A DNA stretch of 64,000 bases. Source: Candidatus Latescibacterota bacterium. GTDB taxonomy: Bacteria > Latescibacterota > UBA2968 > UBA8231. Positions 39,960-50,312 of the stretch are shown here, one piece after another. The notes beneath the pieces were generated by a model, which was given only the letters and a program-made list of their open reading frames with translations, was not told the DNA's origin and ran no database searches. A program made the position numbers and the translations under genes. Location of the stretch: the NCBI GenBank assembly GCA_965217585.1, contig OZ244561.1, positions 1,760,001 to 1,824,000 on the forward strand, written 5' to 3'. Within the stretch, counting starts at the first letter, position 1; each line of letters begins with the position of its first letter.

Positions 39960-41228
39960 ATGTCCGAAAAACTGCCCCTCGCCATCGTCGGCTGCGGCGG
40001 CATGGGTCACCGTCATCTCTACGGCCTTGCCGAATTGCAAAACGCCGGCCTGTCGCCCTTTGAACTAGTAGGTGCCTGCGACCCCAACCTCGACAACGCC
40101 CACTCGCTCGCCGACCAAGCCGAGGAACGACTGGGCACGCGACCTCAACCCGTCAAAGATCTCGCCGAACTGGCTTCCGTCGCCCCAGTCCAAGCCGTCG
40201 ATATCACCACCCTACCGGCCCATCATCACACCGTGGCCATCGAGGCCATGGAGCGCGGCTGGCACGCGCTGTGCGAAAAACCCATGGGGCTTACGGCCCG
40301 CGCCTGCAAGCAGATGATCGCCAAGGCCCAAGAGACTGGGTGCGTCCTCTCCGTGGCCGAAAATTACCGCCGCGACCCGGTAAACCGCCTCGCCAAGGCC
40401 CTACTCGATGCCGGCATCATTGGGCACCCGCGCCTGATGCAGCAAATTGCCATAGGCGGCGGCGACGGCATGCTCATTTCAGTGTGGCGGCACCAGAAAA
40501 ACGCCAGCGGCGTCCTCCTCGACGTGGGCGTTCACTTTGCCGACATCATGGAGTACTTCCTCGGCGAGGCCGACACGGCCTACGCGCAAACGCGCCTGCA
40601 CGAGCCGACCCGCAAAAATCCCGTAGCCGGTCGCGACGTCAGCAGCGGCTCGCCGGGAGGCGTCTATGAACGCTGGCAAAAAGACATGCCAGCCGAGTTT
40701 GCGGCCACGGCGGACGACGCGGCCTACGCCACCATCCTCTTCAAAAGCGGCGCGGTCGTCCAGTACATCGAAGACCACGCAGCCCACGGCCAAAACCTGC
40801 GGCGGCGCTCCATCCACGGCAGCCTCGGCTCAATGGAACTGCCCGGCGACCGCTCGGGCGACCGCCTCTCACTCCACCTCGACGGCGCAGACCCCATAGA
40901 CGACCAAGCTCTCCTCGACCTAGTGCCCGATCACCGCCTCGACGAAGTCACGGCCGCGCTCTTCGGCGGCGATCGACTTTTCGAGTACCACTTGCCCTTT
41001 CCCGAGACCGACCGCAAGCTAATCGCCGTCGAATACCACGAGCTTGGCACCTGCATTCAACAGGGGCAACAGCCCGAAGTCAATGCCCAGCAAGGCGCGC
41101 GCTCCGTGGGCCTGTCCTACAGCCTGATGGAGTCGCAAGTCGCCGGCCATGCGCTCTCAGTCAATGCTGTCTGCGACGACCAGATCAACGCCTACCAAGC
41201 CGAGATCAACGAGCATCTGGGGCTCTAA
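39960..41228 (+). CDS. Gfo/Idh/MocA family oxidoreductase
   Basis: AIVGCGGMG, CEKPMG, AENYR, LDVGVH. Confidence 0.9.
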   Translation: MSEKLPLAIVGCGGMGHRHLYGLAELQNAGLSPFELVGACDPNLDNAHSLADQAEERLGTRPQPVKDLAELASVAPVQAVDITTLPAHHHTVAIEAMERGWHALCEKPMGLTARACKQMIAKAQETGCVLSVAENYRRDPVNRLAKALLDAGIIGHPRLMQQIAIGGGDGMLISVWRHQKNASGVLLDVGVHFADIMEYFLGEADTAYAQTRLHEPTRKNPVAGRDVSSGSPGGVYERWQKDMPAEFAATADDAAYATILFKSGAVVQYIEDHAAHGQNLRRRSIHGSLGSMELPGDRSGDRLSLHLDGADPIDDQALLDLVPDHRLDEVTAALFGGDRLFEYHLPFPETDRKLIAVEYHELGTCIQQGQQPEVNAQQGARSVGLSYSLMESQVAGHALSVNAVCDDQINAYQAEINEHLGL

Positions 41229-41231
41229 ACA

Positions 41232-42032
41232 ATGGCCGCTATCCTCTGTCCCCGCTGCCACAAACTCGTCAGTGCCGACGCCGAAACCTGCCCCCATTGC
41301 GGCCAGCGCAAACCCGGGCTGTGGGGCGCAACCGCCGCCATGCGCCGGCTTGGCTTGCAATTGAATTTTCCGCACTTAATCACCGTGTTCTGCGGCGTGC
41401 TCTACCTGCTCGCGTTGGCTCTGGATCCATCGGCGATTTTCCAGACGCAGGGCCTGATGCAGATTCTCTCGCCCAGCATCCAAGCCAGCTTTAAACTCGG
41501 CGTTACCGGAACCGTGCCCATCTTCTCTTATAACTTCTGGTGGACTCCGATCACCGCCATCTACCTGCACGGCAGCCTGCTGCACATTTTCTTCAACATG
41601 ATGTGGGTGCGTCAGCTTGGTCCGGTTGTAGAAGAGCTCTTCGGCCCCTTCCGCCTCTTTGCGATCTTTACGATCGCTGGCGTCACCGGCTTTATAGCCT
41701 CGACCCTAGTGGGCCACGCTTTCACGCTGGGTGCCTCCGGCTCGATCTTCGGCCTTTTGGCCGCGGCCATCGCCTACGGTCGGCGCGCCGGTGCCCAGCT
41801 CTTCACCCGGCAATTTCTCCAGTGGGCGGGCTTGCTTTTCATCATGGGCTTTGTGATGCCTGGCGTCGATAACTGGGCGCACGGCGGCGGCTTCATCGGT
41901 GGCTACGCGGCAGCGTATGTCTTCAGCCGCAGCTCAGAGCGCGAGGGCTTGGGAGCTTATCTGGCCGGTGGGTTGTGCCTACTAGCCACGGTCGGCGCGT
42001 TCGCCTTGCAGTTTATCGCCGTGTTTCTCTAG
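41232..42032 (+). CDS. Rhomboid intramembrane serine protease with N-terminal zinc ribbon
   Basis: CPRC...CPHC; HGSLLHIFFNM, GASG, NWAHGGG. Confidence 0.92.
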   Translation: MAAILCPRCHKLVSADAETCPHCGQRKPGLWGATAAMRRLGLQLNFPHLITVFCGVLYLLALALDPSAIFQTQGLMQILSPSIQASFKLGVTGTVPIFSYNFWWTPITAIYLHGSLLHIFFNMMWVRQLGPVVEELFGPFRLFAIFTIAGVTGFIASTLVGHAFTLGASGSIFGLLAAAIAYGRRAGAQLFTRQFLQWAGLLFIMGFVMPGVDNWAHGGGFIGGYAAAYVFSRSSEREGLGAYLAGGLCLLATVGAFALQFIAVFL

Positions 42033-42040
42033 CCCGCTTC

Positions 42041-42700
42041 ATGCCCGACGAACTCATCGCGCTCTTCGATGGCCAAGGTCGTCCCATAGGCAGCAAAAGT
42101 CGCGCGGCTGCGTATGGCGACGGCGACCGCGTCGGCTTGGTCTTCGTCTGGGCGGCTTGGCGCACGTCCTCCGGCGTCGTCCGCACCCTACTCCAAACTC
42201 GCTCGCGCCCCGGCGACCCCTATCTCGGCAGCCTCGACGCTCCAGCCGGCGGCCACATCCGGGCCGGAGAAACGCCCACTGCAGCGGCGCACCGCGAATT
42301 CGCCGAAGAAGTCGGCATCGCCCTGACACCCGCCGAATTGGTCTTCCTCGGACAGCAACCCCTCCAAGACACCGGGCGCTCTGCCATGCAGTTTTTCTAC
42401 CTCTGTATGCGGCCTATCTCACTGGGGAAAACCGTATTCAACGAAGAAGTGGGAGCCTTTGTCGAAGTCGCCCTCGACGATTTCGACTCCTTAGTTTGCG
42501 AACGGGCCGCGTCGATCCAAGGCCAAGCCCGCTACAGGGAAGCACCAAACGAAACGAGGCCACGGGAAGTTACTCCCGCGGCCTTCGCCGCCTATTCCGC
42601 GCCGATCATGGACGCCATCCGCCGCTCAACCAGCGCGGTCCGCGTCTATCTCGATACTGAGCAGATCGACGCGGCTATCTGGACGCACGCGACCGGCTGA
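42041..42700 (+). CDS. Nudix hydrolase (IPP-isomerase-like)
   Basis: AGGHIRAGETPTAAAHREFAEEVGI. Confidence 0.8.
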   Translation: MPDELIALFDGQGRPIGSKSRAAAYGDGDRVGLVFVWAAWRTSSGVVRTLLQTRSRPGDPYLGSLDAPAGGHIRAGETPTAAAHREFAEEVGIALTPAELVFLGQQPLQDTGRSAMQFFYLCMRPISLGKTVFNEEVGAFVEVALDDFDSLVCERAASIQGQARYREAPNETRPREVTPAAFAAYSAPIMDAIRRSTSAVRVYLDTEQIDAAIWTHATG

Positions 42701-44123
42701 CGTAGCGCTCCAGATGCGCCAGCGCCCGGCCGCTATCGACAGCCTCCCGCGCCTCAGCCAATCCCTCTTCAGCACTCGCACTTAGTCCCAGATAGTAGTC
42801 GGTCAATCCCACGTTGAGCACTATGCGGTCGTAAACTGGCCCCTGCTCGCCCTTGAGTGCCGCCAGTCCCATAGCGGCAAAAGCCCGCGCACTCACCTCC
42901 GCAGGACGCGGGCTTTGCTCGTAGTAAAAGCCGTATTCCTCCGGATCCACATCGCAGGCAACCGTCGTCAGTGCACCACCGACGCGGCGGAATCCCTGCA
43001 CGTAGTTGATGGCCTTGCGCCGAGCGTCCGAAGGCTTGCCCAAGCGCAATCCGTAGTGGCTGCTCCCCTCCTCACCCTTGATCACCAGCCCCGCATCCAA
43101 ACCGCGCTCCTGCATCAACCCCAACAGCTTGTCCTCGTATCCGACGTGGTAAAAGCCCGCGATCATGCCGTTCCAAGCCGGGCCGACAAACAACTGCTGG
43201 GCCTTCTCGGTAGTGGCCCAAGGCGGACGTTTGGCGATGTGAGTGCGCAAATGTCGCAAAGCATACGCGCTAGGGGCGTACTCTCGCTGACTCACGTACG
43301 CGAACCCAACGTCCGGGTCTTCAATACAACGGGCCGCCGTCGCCAGCGACAGATCAACCCGCGCACCCAAGGCCGCCAGCACCCCTTCCTCGGTGACTCC
43401 GCGCTTGGGCGGCATTTCAGCGACGCCGTGTAGCACGGTCGCCCGACCCAAGGCCGCGCGCACAGCAGCGACGAAGAGCGTCGGACGAAAGAAGCGCGCC
43501 GCGCCGTCAAAGGGTTGGCCAAAATGCGTCAGCGCCTCCACTTGCAGCGCGGACACCTGCTCTGCGGGGAGCACGGCGTCGAGATGAGCGCGAATTTCTT
43601 CTTTATCTTCGATGTTCATCCGCTGACCGATCAAAAACGCAGCCATCAGCGAGGGACGCACTTCGCCCGCGAGCATGGCTCCGAGCGCACCGCGCACTTC
43701 CTCGTAGCACAAGTGCCCGCCCTGCAAAACCGGGCGCAGAGCCGCAACCATCCGCGCTTCGCCCGCGCCAGCGAAATCCGGTGCCATCCCCAGCAAGAAG
43801 CGCAAATCCTCGGGCATCTTGCTGAACGCGTCCCCATAGCGGTCAAACGCCTCGACCTCCGCCGCGCTCCAACCAGTCTGCACGCCGAAGGTGCGGCGGA
43901 TAGACATCGCCGCGAAAAATGCGCCCATCTGGGCTGGAGAAACTTCCTCTACGCGGGGCAAGGCCCCCTTGAGCGAGGCGAAAATTAGCTCCAGAATGCG
44001 CCCAGGATCTGGGTCGCCCTCTTTTTTGCCCAGCGGGCGGCTCTGGTGCGGCCCTGTACAGACGCGTGCTTGCGCCTCGATTACTTCCTCGTTGGGGCCG
44101 GGATAGGGGTCGGCTTTAGACAC
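42675..44123 (-). CDS. Anthranilate phosphoribosyltransferase-like protein (TrpD-like)
   Basis: AQMGAF, HFGQPFDG, VLHG...MPPKRGVT, KRPPWATTEK, IKGEEG; GTG start with AAGGAG RBS. Confidence 0.7.
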   Translation of the reverse strand: MSKADPYPGPNEEVIEAQARVCTGPHQSRPLGKKEGDPDPGRILELIFASLKGALPRVEEVSPAQMGAFFAAMSIRRTFGVQTGWSAAEVEAFDRYGDAFSKMPEDLRFLLGMAPDFAGAGEARMVAALRPVLQGGHLCYEEVRGALGAMLAGEVRPSLMAAFLIGQRMNIEDKEEIRAHLDAVLPAEQVSALQVEALTHFGQPFDGAARFFRPTLFVAAVRAALGRATVLHGVAEMPPKRGVTEEGVLAALGARVDLSLATAARCIEDPDVGFAYVSQREYAPSAYALRHLRTHIAKRPPWATTEKAQQLFVGPAWNGMIAGFYHVGYEDKLLGLMQERGLDAGLVIKGEEGSSHYGLRLGKPSDARRKAINYVQGFRRVGGALTTVACDVDPEEYGFYYEQSPRPAEVSARAFAAMGLAALKGEQGPVYDRIVLNVGLTDYYLGLSASAEEGLAEAREAVDSGRALAHLERYVSRSRASR

Positions 44124-44256
44124 GATTTTTGCTCCCTTTATGAAGAAAAATATACGATTCCCAGCCAATGCGCGCCCGGGAATCTAACGGCGTAGATTGC
44201 GCGAAATACAGGTTCAACGCAATTTTTGATACACCCTCTTCCGCGAGGAATCCCCA

Positions 44257-44670
44257 ATGCGCTACCTCTCTCGTCTTTTTCTTATAGCCTTCGCCATCGC
44301 GGCTTGTGGCTCGTCCGACCAGGCTTCTCCGGCGCTGGTCCACTACGTCGCGGCTCAAGAAGCCTTGGCCTCCGACGACCTAGACCGGGCGCACCAAGCA
44401 CTGAAAGGCCTGATCCAAAACGCCAGCCCAACGCTCAAGCCGCTGGCGGAAAAAGCCGCAAGCGCTGCCGACCTTGCTGCGGTGCGCGTTGCGTTCAAGC
44501 CGCTGTCCGAAGAAGTGATGAAGGGCCAAATACCCGAAGGCTACGTCGTGGCGTACTGCCCGATGGCCGACGGAGACAAAGGGGCGCACTGGGTTCAAAA
44601 GGACCAACCCCAAATCGCCAATCCCTACTTCGGCGCTTCCATGCTCCGCTGCGGGGTATTCAAGGAGTAG
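44257..44670 (+). CDS. DUF3347-like lipoprotein
   Basis: Lipobox IAAC; YCPMA...GAHW...NPYFG..MLRCG. Confidence 0.75.
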   Translation: MRYLSRLFLIAFAIAACGSSDQASPALVHYVAAQEALASDDLDRAHQALKGLIQNASPTLKPLAEKAASAADLAAVRVAFKPLSEEVMKGQIPEGYVVAYCPMADGDKGAHWVQKDQPQIANPYFGASMLRCGVFKE

Positions 44671-44682
44671 CCGCACCCACAC

Positions 44683-45420
44683 ATGATCCGCGTAGAATCC
44701 GCTACCCGCCGCTACGGCATTTTGACCGCGGTTGACGAAGTCAGCTTCGCCGTTGACCAAGGGGAAATCGTCGGCTTCGTCGGCCCCAATGGTGCCGGCA
44801 AGAGCACCATGCTCAAGATGCTCTCCACCTTTATCCATCCCACGGCCGGCACAATCGCCATCGACGGGCTCGACGTGGTGGAGCACCCGCTCGCCGTGCG
44901 CCGCCGCATCGGCTATCTGTCGGGCGACACCCCGCTCTACCAAGAGATGCGCGTCGATAAGTTCCTCCGCTTCATCGCCCGGGCCCGCGGCCTCGAAGGC
45001 GACGCCTTGCAGCAGGGCCTAGCGCGCGCGGTCGCGCTCTGCGGGCTTGCAGAGGTGCTCACCCAGCGCATCAAGGAGTGCTCCACCGGGTTCCGCCAGC
45101 GCATTGGCCTAGCTACCGCCATGGTCCACGATCCGCCGGTCTTGCTCCTCGACGAGCCAACCCACGGCTTCGACCCCTTGCAGGTCCTAGCCTTCCGCGA
45201 CACCTTGCGCACACTTAGTCAGGACCGGGCGATTCTCTTTAGCACCCACATCATCGGCGACGTCGAAGCCATTGCCGACCGCGTGTTGATCATTCATCAA
45301 GGGCGCTTGCTCGGCGATGGCCGCGTCGAACAGTTGGCCGCAGACGCCGGCATCCCCGGGGCCGGTCTCGAAGCCGTCTTCGCCCACCTAGTCCGCGCCA
45401 CAACCCCTGCCCATGTCTGA
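44683..45420 (+). CDS. ABC transporter ATP-binding protein (GldA-like)
   Basis: GPNGAGKST, STGFRQR, LLLDEPT, STH. Confidence 0.92.
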   Translation: MIRVESATRRYGILTAVDEVSFAVDQGEIVGFVGPNGAGKSTMLKMLSTFIHPTAGTIAIDGLDVVEHPLAVRRRIGYLSGDTPLYQEMRVDKFLRFIARARGLEGDALQQGLARAVALCGLAEVLTQRIKECSTGFRQRIGLATAMVHDPPVLLLDEPTHGFDPLQVLAFRDTLRTLSQDRAILFSTHIIGDVEAIADRVLIIHQGRLLGDGRVEQLAADAGIPGAGLEAVFAHLVRATTPAHV

Positions 45421-46180
45421 CGCCCAACGCCTGTCTGCTGCCGAGTGCCTGCGCGGCACGCGCATCGTCTTCGACCGCGAGCTAGAGGCGTACTTCGACT
45501 CGCCCATTGCCTATGCGTACGCCGCGGTCTTCTTGGTGCTGTCTTGCACCACCTTTATGAACTCCTTTTTTCTCGACGGGGTCGTCGATATGGGACCGTA
45601 CTTCACCGCCCTGCCCTTCCTGCTGATCCCCTTCGTCCCAGCCATTACCATGCGGGCCTGGGCCGAGGAACGCGCCCAGCACACCTTCGAGTTGCTGATG
45701 ACCCTGCCGCTGCACTCCTTGCAGGTCGTGCTGGGCAAATATCTCGCGGCCCTCTGCTTCTACGCTATCGTCCTCGCTGGCAGCCTGCCCATCGTGCTGA
45801 TGCTCCTCTTCCTCGGCGATCCCGATCTCGGGCGCATCTGCGCCAGCTATCTCGGCGCACTGCTGTTGGGTGCTTTCTTCCTGTCCTTCGGCCTGTTTGC
45901 CTCCGGCCTAACCCGCGACCAGATCGTCGCCTTTGTGCTCTCCGCGCTTCTCGGCTTCTTCTTCGTGCTCAGCGGACACGAGAAAGTCGTCGAGGTCCTC
46001 GACGGACTAGCTCCGGCCTATCAGCCGGGCACTTGGCTGTACGAGACCATATCAGTCCTGCCCCATTACGAGGCTTTTGGCCACGGCATAATCGCCCTCA
46101 CCGACCTGCTGTACTTCGCGTTGATGAGCGGCTTTTTCGTCTCGATGAACTATCTCAGCCTCCAGAGATCCAAGTATTGA
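45413..46180 (+). CDS. ABC-2 permease (GldF-like)
   Basis: RELEAYFDSPIAY, PAITMRAWAEER...ELLMTLP, GKYLA. Confidence 0.88.
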   Translation: MSDAQRLSAAECLRGTRIVFDRELEAYFDSPIAYAYAAVFLVLSCTTFMNSFFLDGVVDMGPYFTALPFLLIPFVPAITMRAWAEERAQHTFELLMTLPLHSLQVVLGKYLAALCFYAIVLAGSLPIVLMLLFLGDPDLGRICASYLGALLLGAFFLSFGLFASGLTRDQIVAFVLSALLGFFFVLSGHEKVVEVLDGLAPAYQPGTWLYETISVLPHYEAFGHGIIALTDLLYFALMSGFFVSMNYLSLQRSKY

Positions 46181-49100
46181 AGCGGCACTTCTTGCTCCAA
46201 ATCGCGCTGGCTTTCGCGCTGCTGTTGGGCATCGTCGCTTACGCCGGCCGCCTCCTGCACCTGACGGGGAGTTGGACTTTAGACCTAGCGGGGGACGACA
46301 TCGCCACGCTCGCGCCGGCGACCGAGCGCTACCTCCGCTCCTTAGACACCCCGCTCTCGATCACCTACTTTGCCACCGCCCGCGAAAACATGCCGGCGCA
46401 TCTCAAAGACCTCGAGCCCCAAGTTCGCCGACTCCTGTCAGTGCTGCGCGACCGCGCACCCGAGCGCATCGACTATCGAGTCATTGACCCGGACCAAAGC
46501 GGGCGCACGGGCATCGGCTATGCGGCTAGCAAAAAGGCCTCCTCCTTCAGCGTGCGGCGGGTGTTGCACGACGAGCATTCCGAGCAGAAAATCTGGTCCT
46601 CACTGGTAATCGCGCGTACCAACGCGCCCGCAGTGCTCGTCCAAAGCATTGAGCCAGAGCACCTGCCTTATCTAGAACAGTTCGTCATCGCCCAACTGCA
46701 GGCCGGACGAAAGCCGCCGCAACCTACCATTGGCGTCTCGGCACCGCCGCCCTTCCAGCTTTTGGCGGCCTTTCTCAACGAGGCCGGGCCGGTCGTCGAG
46801 CTGGATCTCAATAGCGATCCTACCATCCCCCCGGAAATCGACGTGCTGTTCTGGATCCAGCCTGAGGTCGCCACGCCCGAACACGTGCGGCAGTTGCTTG
46901 CCTTTCTAGCATCCGGCCGCAGTGCAGTGCTCGCCGGTAGCGCGTACCAGATCGGCTACTCTCCACAGGAGGACGCAATTTCCTATTGGGTACACCACGC
47001 GCCGCCTGCTTGGGCGCAACTGCTCCAGCCCTTTGGCATCCGGCCGGTACCAGACCTGCTCGTCGATAAAAACGCCGGGCCGGTCATCCTCGACATGGGC
47101 GAAGTCGTCGCGCCCTTTCACCTCCGGGTGCTACCCGCTTTTTACAATATGAAGAGCTTTGCCGCACCAGGTCGCGGCGGGCTTAACTTCGTCGCCGCTA
47201 GCGCGCTCGAAGTCGATCCCCAGGCCGTACAAGCCAAGGGCTTCCACGCGGAAATCGTCGGCACCACCACCGAAAGCCCTCGCGTCCTGCCCCTGCCCAC
47301 CGGCTCCTTCACCGACGCCGACTTAACCGGCGGCCTGCCCGTGCCCAAACAAAATTTGCTGGTCCTGCTCAAGCCGGACGATCCTTGGCAGGGGCAGCTA
47401 TTCGTCTTGGCCAGCGCGTCGCCTTTCCAAGACGGCATCATCAATCAGCCCGGCTACGCCCACCGCGTTTTCCTGCAAAACCTCATCCGCACCTACGGCC
47501 AACCGGAGCGCGTATTGCGAGGGCGCGTGGAAAAGGGCGGGGCACAACGGCTCGTTCCGCCCGGCACACTCGCCCGTTTCTTCTGGCGGTTCTTTGCGGT
47601 CTCTTTGGTGCCGCTGGGATTCGTGGGCCTCGGCGTGAGACACTACCTCCGCCACAGTCGCCTAAGCTGGCCAGCCGGCCGTTGGGGCCGCCAGCTCGGC
47701 CTCGCCTGCTTGGTGCTCCTCGTTGGTGCGCTCGTCTGGCGCGGCCGCGGCCCCTACCTCGACCTGACGGCCGACCAGCTCAACACGCCCTCGCCGCTTT
47801 TGGGCCGCTTGTTGCAGGGCACGTCCCTAGCCGCCGAACTGATCGCCACGCACCGGGCCTCCATGCCCCGGCAGCTCAAAGACGCCGAAGATCGCATCCG
47901 CACCCTGTTCGCCGACTGCAACATTCCCCTGCGCGTGATCCGGCCCGACGCGCTGACCCCCGACCAGCGACAGGCGCTCGCCGCCGAGGGGCTGGTGCCC
48001 TTTCCAGCCGAACGAGTCCTCAACGACACCCTCGCCACTCAATACGTATGGAGCGGCCTGCGTCTGCTGGGCAACGCGCACACCATCGCCATGCCGCGAC
48101 TCGACCAACACACCCTGCACCACCTCGAATTCCTCTTGGCCGCGGCCTCCCACAGCCTGCAACAAGGACGCAAAATCCGCGTGGCCATCATCTCCGACTT
48201 GCCGCGCCTCTCGCCGGCCGAAGCCCTCGAAGACTACCAGAAGAAGGGCCTCATCGCCCCAGGCGGCACCGACGTATACAGCAACTTGAAAGCCCTGCTC
48301 GCCGACTATCTCTACGACGTCCACTACATCAATCCCCGCACGCCGAGCATGCCCGCAGACGTAGATGTCTTGTTGTGGCTGCAGCCGCGCCGCGACTCGG
48401 GTCCGATCCTGCTGCTGCTGAGCCAGCATCTCGCACGAGGGGGCAAGGCCGTTGTCGCCATGCAGCACTTCAACATCCAGCAGCGCCAGTACCGCGGCTC
48501 GGGATTTCAAACGGTGTACTGGCCTCAGCCCCAATTCCAAGACCTCGACCGCTACCTCCAACTCTTTGGCGTCGAACAGCTCCGCGAAGTGCTCTTCGAT
48601 CGCACTCAGTCCCACCTCGACCTAGAGACCCAAGTCAACCGCACGGCCGTGCGCGAGTACGACCCGCAAAAAGTCGCCTTGCCGTTCTTGATCCGCGCCG
48701 TCGGCCAGCACTACGACCTTACCTCGCCGGTCACCCGGCACCTCGGCGACCTGCTCTTTATCTGGGGCAATCGCTTTGCCCTGCAACCGGCAGAGCTAAG
48801 CAGTGCGGGAATAACGGCCCAGACCCTGATCTCCACCTCGCCCCAAGCCTGGGCTTACCCATGGCAGGGCGGTTGGCTGCCGCCCGAGGTCTTCGCCCCT
48901 CAGACCTACCTGCCCGGCCCCCAACCCCTCGTCGCGCTGCTTACCGGGCCTTTTCCCGAGGTCGCCTTTACTGAAAGCGAGGATGGCCGCGCCACACTCC
49001 AGCGCGTGGGCGAGCGTCCGCGGCAAACGGGGGCCCTACTCCTGATCGGCTCTTCCGAGATGTTCAAAAACGAGCACCTGTTGGCCCCGGGCTTTCAGCA

Positions 49101-49299
49101 CGATCAATTCTTGCTCAATGCTGTGGCGTACAACACTTACGGCGAGGAGCTAGGCTCCTTACAGGCGCGGCGGCCAACTCCGCGCGGCTTTCCCTTCCAA
49201 AACGCCGAGGCCAAGCGCCTGTGGCGAGTATTCGTGGTGGGCGCGGGACCGCTGCTGTTTTTGGGCTATGCTCTCTATCGCCGCACGAGGCGGGCGTGA
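46177..49299 (+). CDS. Tandem double GldG-like (ABC_transp_aux) protein
   Basis: Two modules (TM-LDL...MP..LK.....R...) separated by TM helices; TTG start overlaps the permease stop. Confidence 0.7.
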   Translation: MKRHFLLQIALAFALLLGIVAYAGRLLHLTGSWTLDLAGDDIATLAPATERYLRSLDTPLSITYFATARENMPAHLKDLEPQVRRLLSVLRDRAPERIDYRVIDPDQSGRTGIGYAASKKASSFSVRRVLHDEHSEQKIWSSLVIARTNAPAVLVQSIEPEHLPYLEQFVIAQLQAGRKPPQPTIGVSAPPPFQLLAAFLNEAGPVVELDLNSDPTIPPEIDVLFWIQPEVATPEHVRQLLAFLASGRSAVLAGSAYQIGYSPQEDAISYWVHHAPPAWAQLLQPFGIRPVPDLLVDKNAGPVILDMGEVVAPFHLRVLPAFYNMKSFAAPGRGGLNFVAASALEVDPQAVQAKGFHAEIVGTTTESPRVLPLPTGSFTDADLTGGLPVPKQNLLVLLKPDDPWQGQLFVLASASPFQDGIINQPGYAHRVFLQNLIRTYGQPERVLRGRVEKGGAQRLVPPGTLARFFWRFFAVSLVPLGFVGLGVRHYLRHSRLSWPAGRWGRQLGLACLVLLVGALVWRGRGPYLDLTADQLNTPSPLLGRLLQGTSLAAELIATHRASMPRQLKDAEDRIRTLFADCNIPLRVIRPDALTPDQRQALAAEGLVPFPAERVLNDTLATQYVWSGLRLLGNAHTIAMPRLDQHTLHHLEFLLAAASHSLQQGRKIRVAIISDLPRLSPAEALEDYQKKGLIAPGGTDVYSNLKALLADYLYDVHYINPRTPSMPADVDVLLWLQPRRDSGPILLLLSQHLARGGKAVVAMQHFNIQQRQYRGSGFQTVYWPQPQFQDLDRYLQLFGVEQLREVLFDRTQSHLDLETQVNRTAVREYDPQKVALPFLIRAVGQHYDLTSPVTRHLGDLLFIWGNRFALQPAELSSAGITAQTLISTSPQAWAYPWQGGWLPPEVFAPQTYLPGPQPLVALLTGPFPEVAFTESEDGRATLQRVGERPRQTGALLLIGSSEMFKNEHLLAPGFQHDQFLLNAVAYNTYGEELGSLQARRPTPRGFPFQNAEAKRLWRVFVVGAGPLLFLGYALYRRTRRA

Positions 49300-50303
49300 T
49301 CCGCTTGCTCTGCGCGCTGGGGGCCCTGCTGGTCCTGTTCGTCCTCGGGGAGAGCACGCTGCGCGAGCACCAGCGCGCTGTGCGCCGCACCGCCGGGGCC
49401 TTGCGCCTCTTGACGCCCGAGTTGGCCTCAGCCGTCGCTCAGATCGAGATCAGCGTGGCCGGACGCCGCTGGCACTACGTCCGGCGCGGGAACACTTGGT
49501 ATTTCCCAGCCTATCACCGCGCCTTTGTCCTCAACCGCCGCGTCGAGTACCTGCTCCAGAGTCTGCTCGCTACCCCGGCGACCTTCGTCTCGACCGAGCC
49601 TGGGGACTTGGCCCGCTATGGCCTCGGCCCGGGTAGCGTCCGCATCCATCTGCTCGATCAACAGGGGCGTCCCTTGCTAAAAGTGCGCCAAGGGCGCGGT
49701 GCCCCCGGGGCCCGCGCTGGGGAATCGTATGTCCAGCGCGTTGGTGCCGACAGCATCTTCCACCTCCACGCCCACCCCGTCCACGCCCTCGACACCGCGC
49801 CGCCCGCTCCCATGCTCGACCGCCGCGTCCTGCCCCAAGCCTTACAGAGCAAGGGCCTCCGGCGCATCGCCTTCGTTGGCGACCCTTCCTACCCGATGCA
49901 GTCCCTCAGCCGCCAGCTAAAAGCCATGACGGCGCCGGGCCCTATGATGCCGACCTACGAGTGGGTCGTCCTCTCTGCGGCTGGCGCGGAGACCTGCCTC
50001 TCAGCGAGTGCAGAAGCCTACGCCGACTTCCTCAAACGCCTGACGTGGTCGGCTTTGCACGATCCGGGTCGCACCGATGCCTTTGCCCAGGCTCGCTACC
50101 TCTATCTCGAAGACGAAGAGGGCGCAATAGACACCCTCGCCATTGGCGCAGCCGACGACCGCGGCCGCTACCTCCGCCTCCACACCACCGGCCACGTCTT
50201 CTCCATAACGCCCGAAAGAGCCGCTCTCCTCTTTCCCACTCGCTCCGCCCTCCTCGACACGCTCTCCCAACCCTCGCCCTACCACCAAGCTGAGCCGTTC
50301 TAG
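49296..50303 (+). CDS. DUF4340 domain protein
   Basis: N-terminal TM anchor; LARYGL, YVQR, TLAIG; usual fourth gene of GldAFG-like operons; GTGA overlap. Confidence 0.65.
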   Translation: MIRLLCALGALLVLFVLGESTLREHQRAVRRTAGALRLLTPELASAVAQIEISVAGRRWHYVRRGNTWYFPAYHRAFVLNRRVEYLLQSLLATPATFVSTEPGDLARYGLGPGSVRIHLLDQQGRPLLKVRQGRGAPGARAGESYVQRVGADSIFHLHAHPVHALDTAPPAPMLDRRVLPQALQSKGLRRIAFVGDPSYPMQSLSRQLKAMTAPGPMMPTYEWVVLSAAGAETCLSASAEAYADFLKRLTWSALHDPGRTDAFAQARYLYLEDEEGAIDTLAIGAADDRGRYLRLHTTGHVFSITPERAALLFPTRSALLDTLSQPSPYHQAEPF

Positions 50304-50312
50304 CCACTAGCC

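Noticed and set aside
45445-46176. N-terminal 244 aa of the 1284-aa ORF
   Set aside because: Overlaps the permease in another frame and is Arg/Pro-rich noise; the likely start is TTG 46177.
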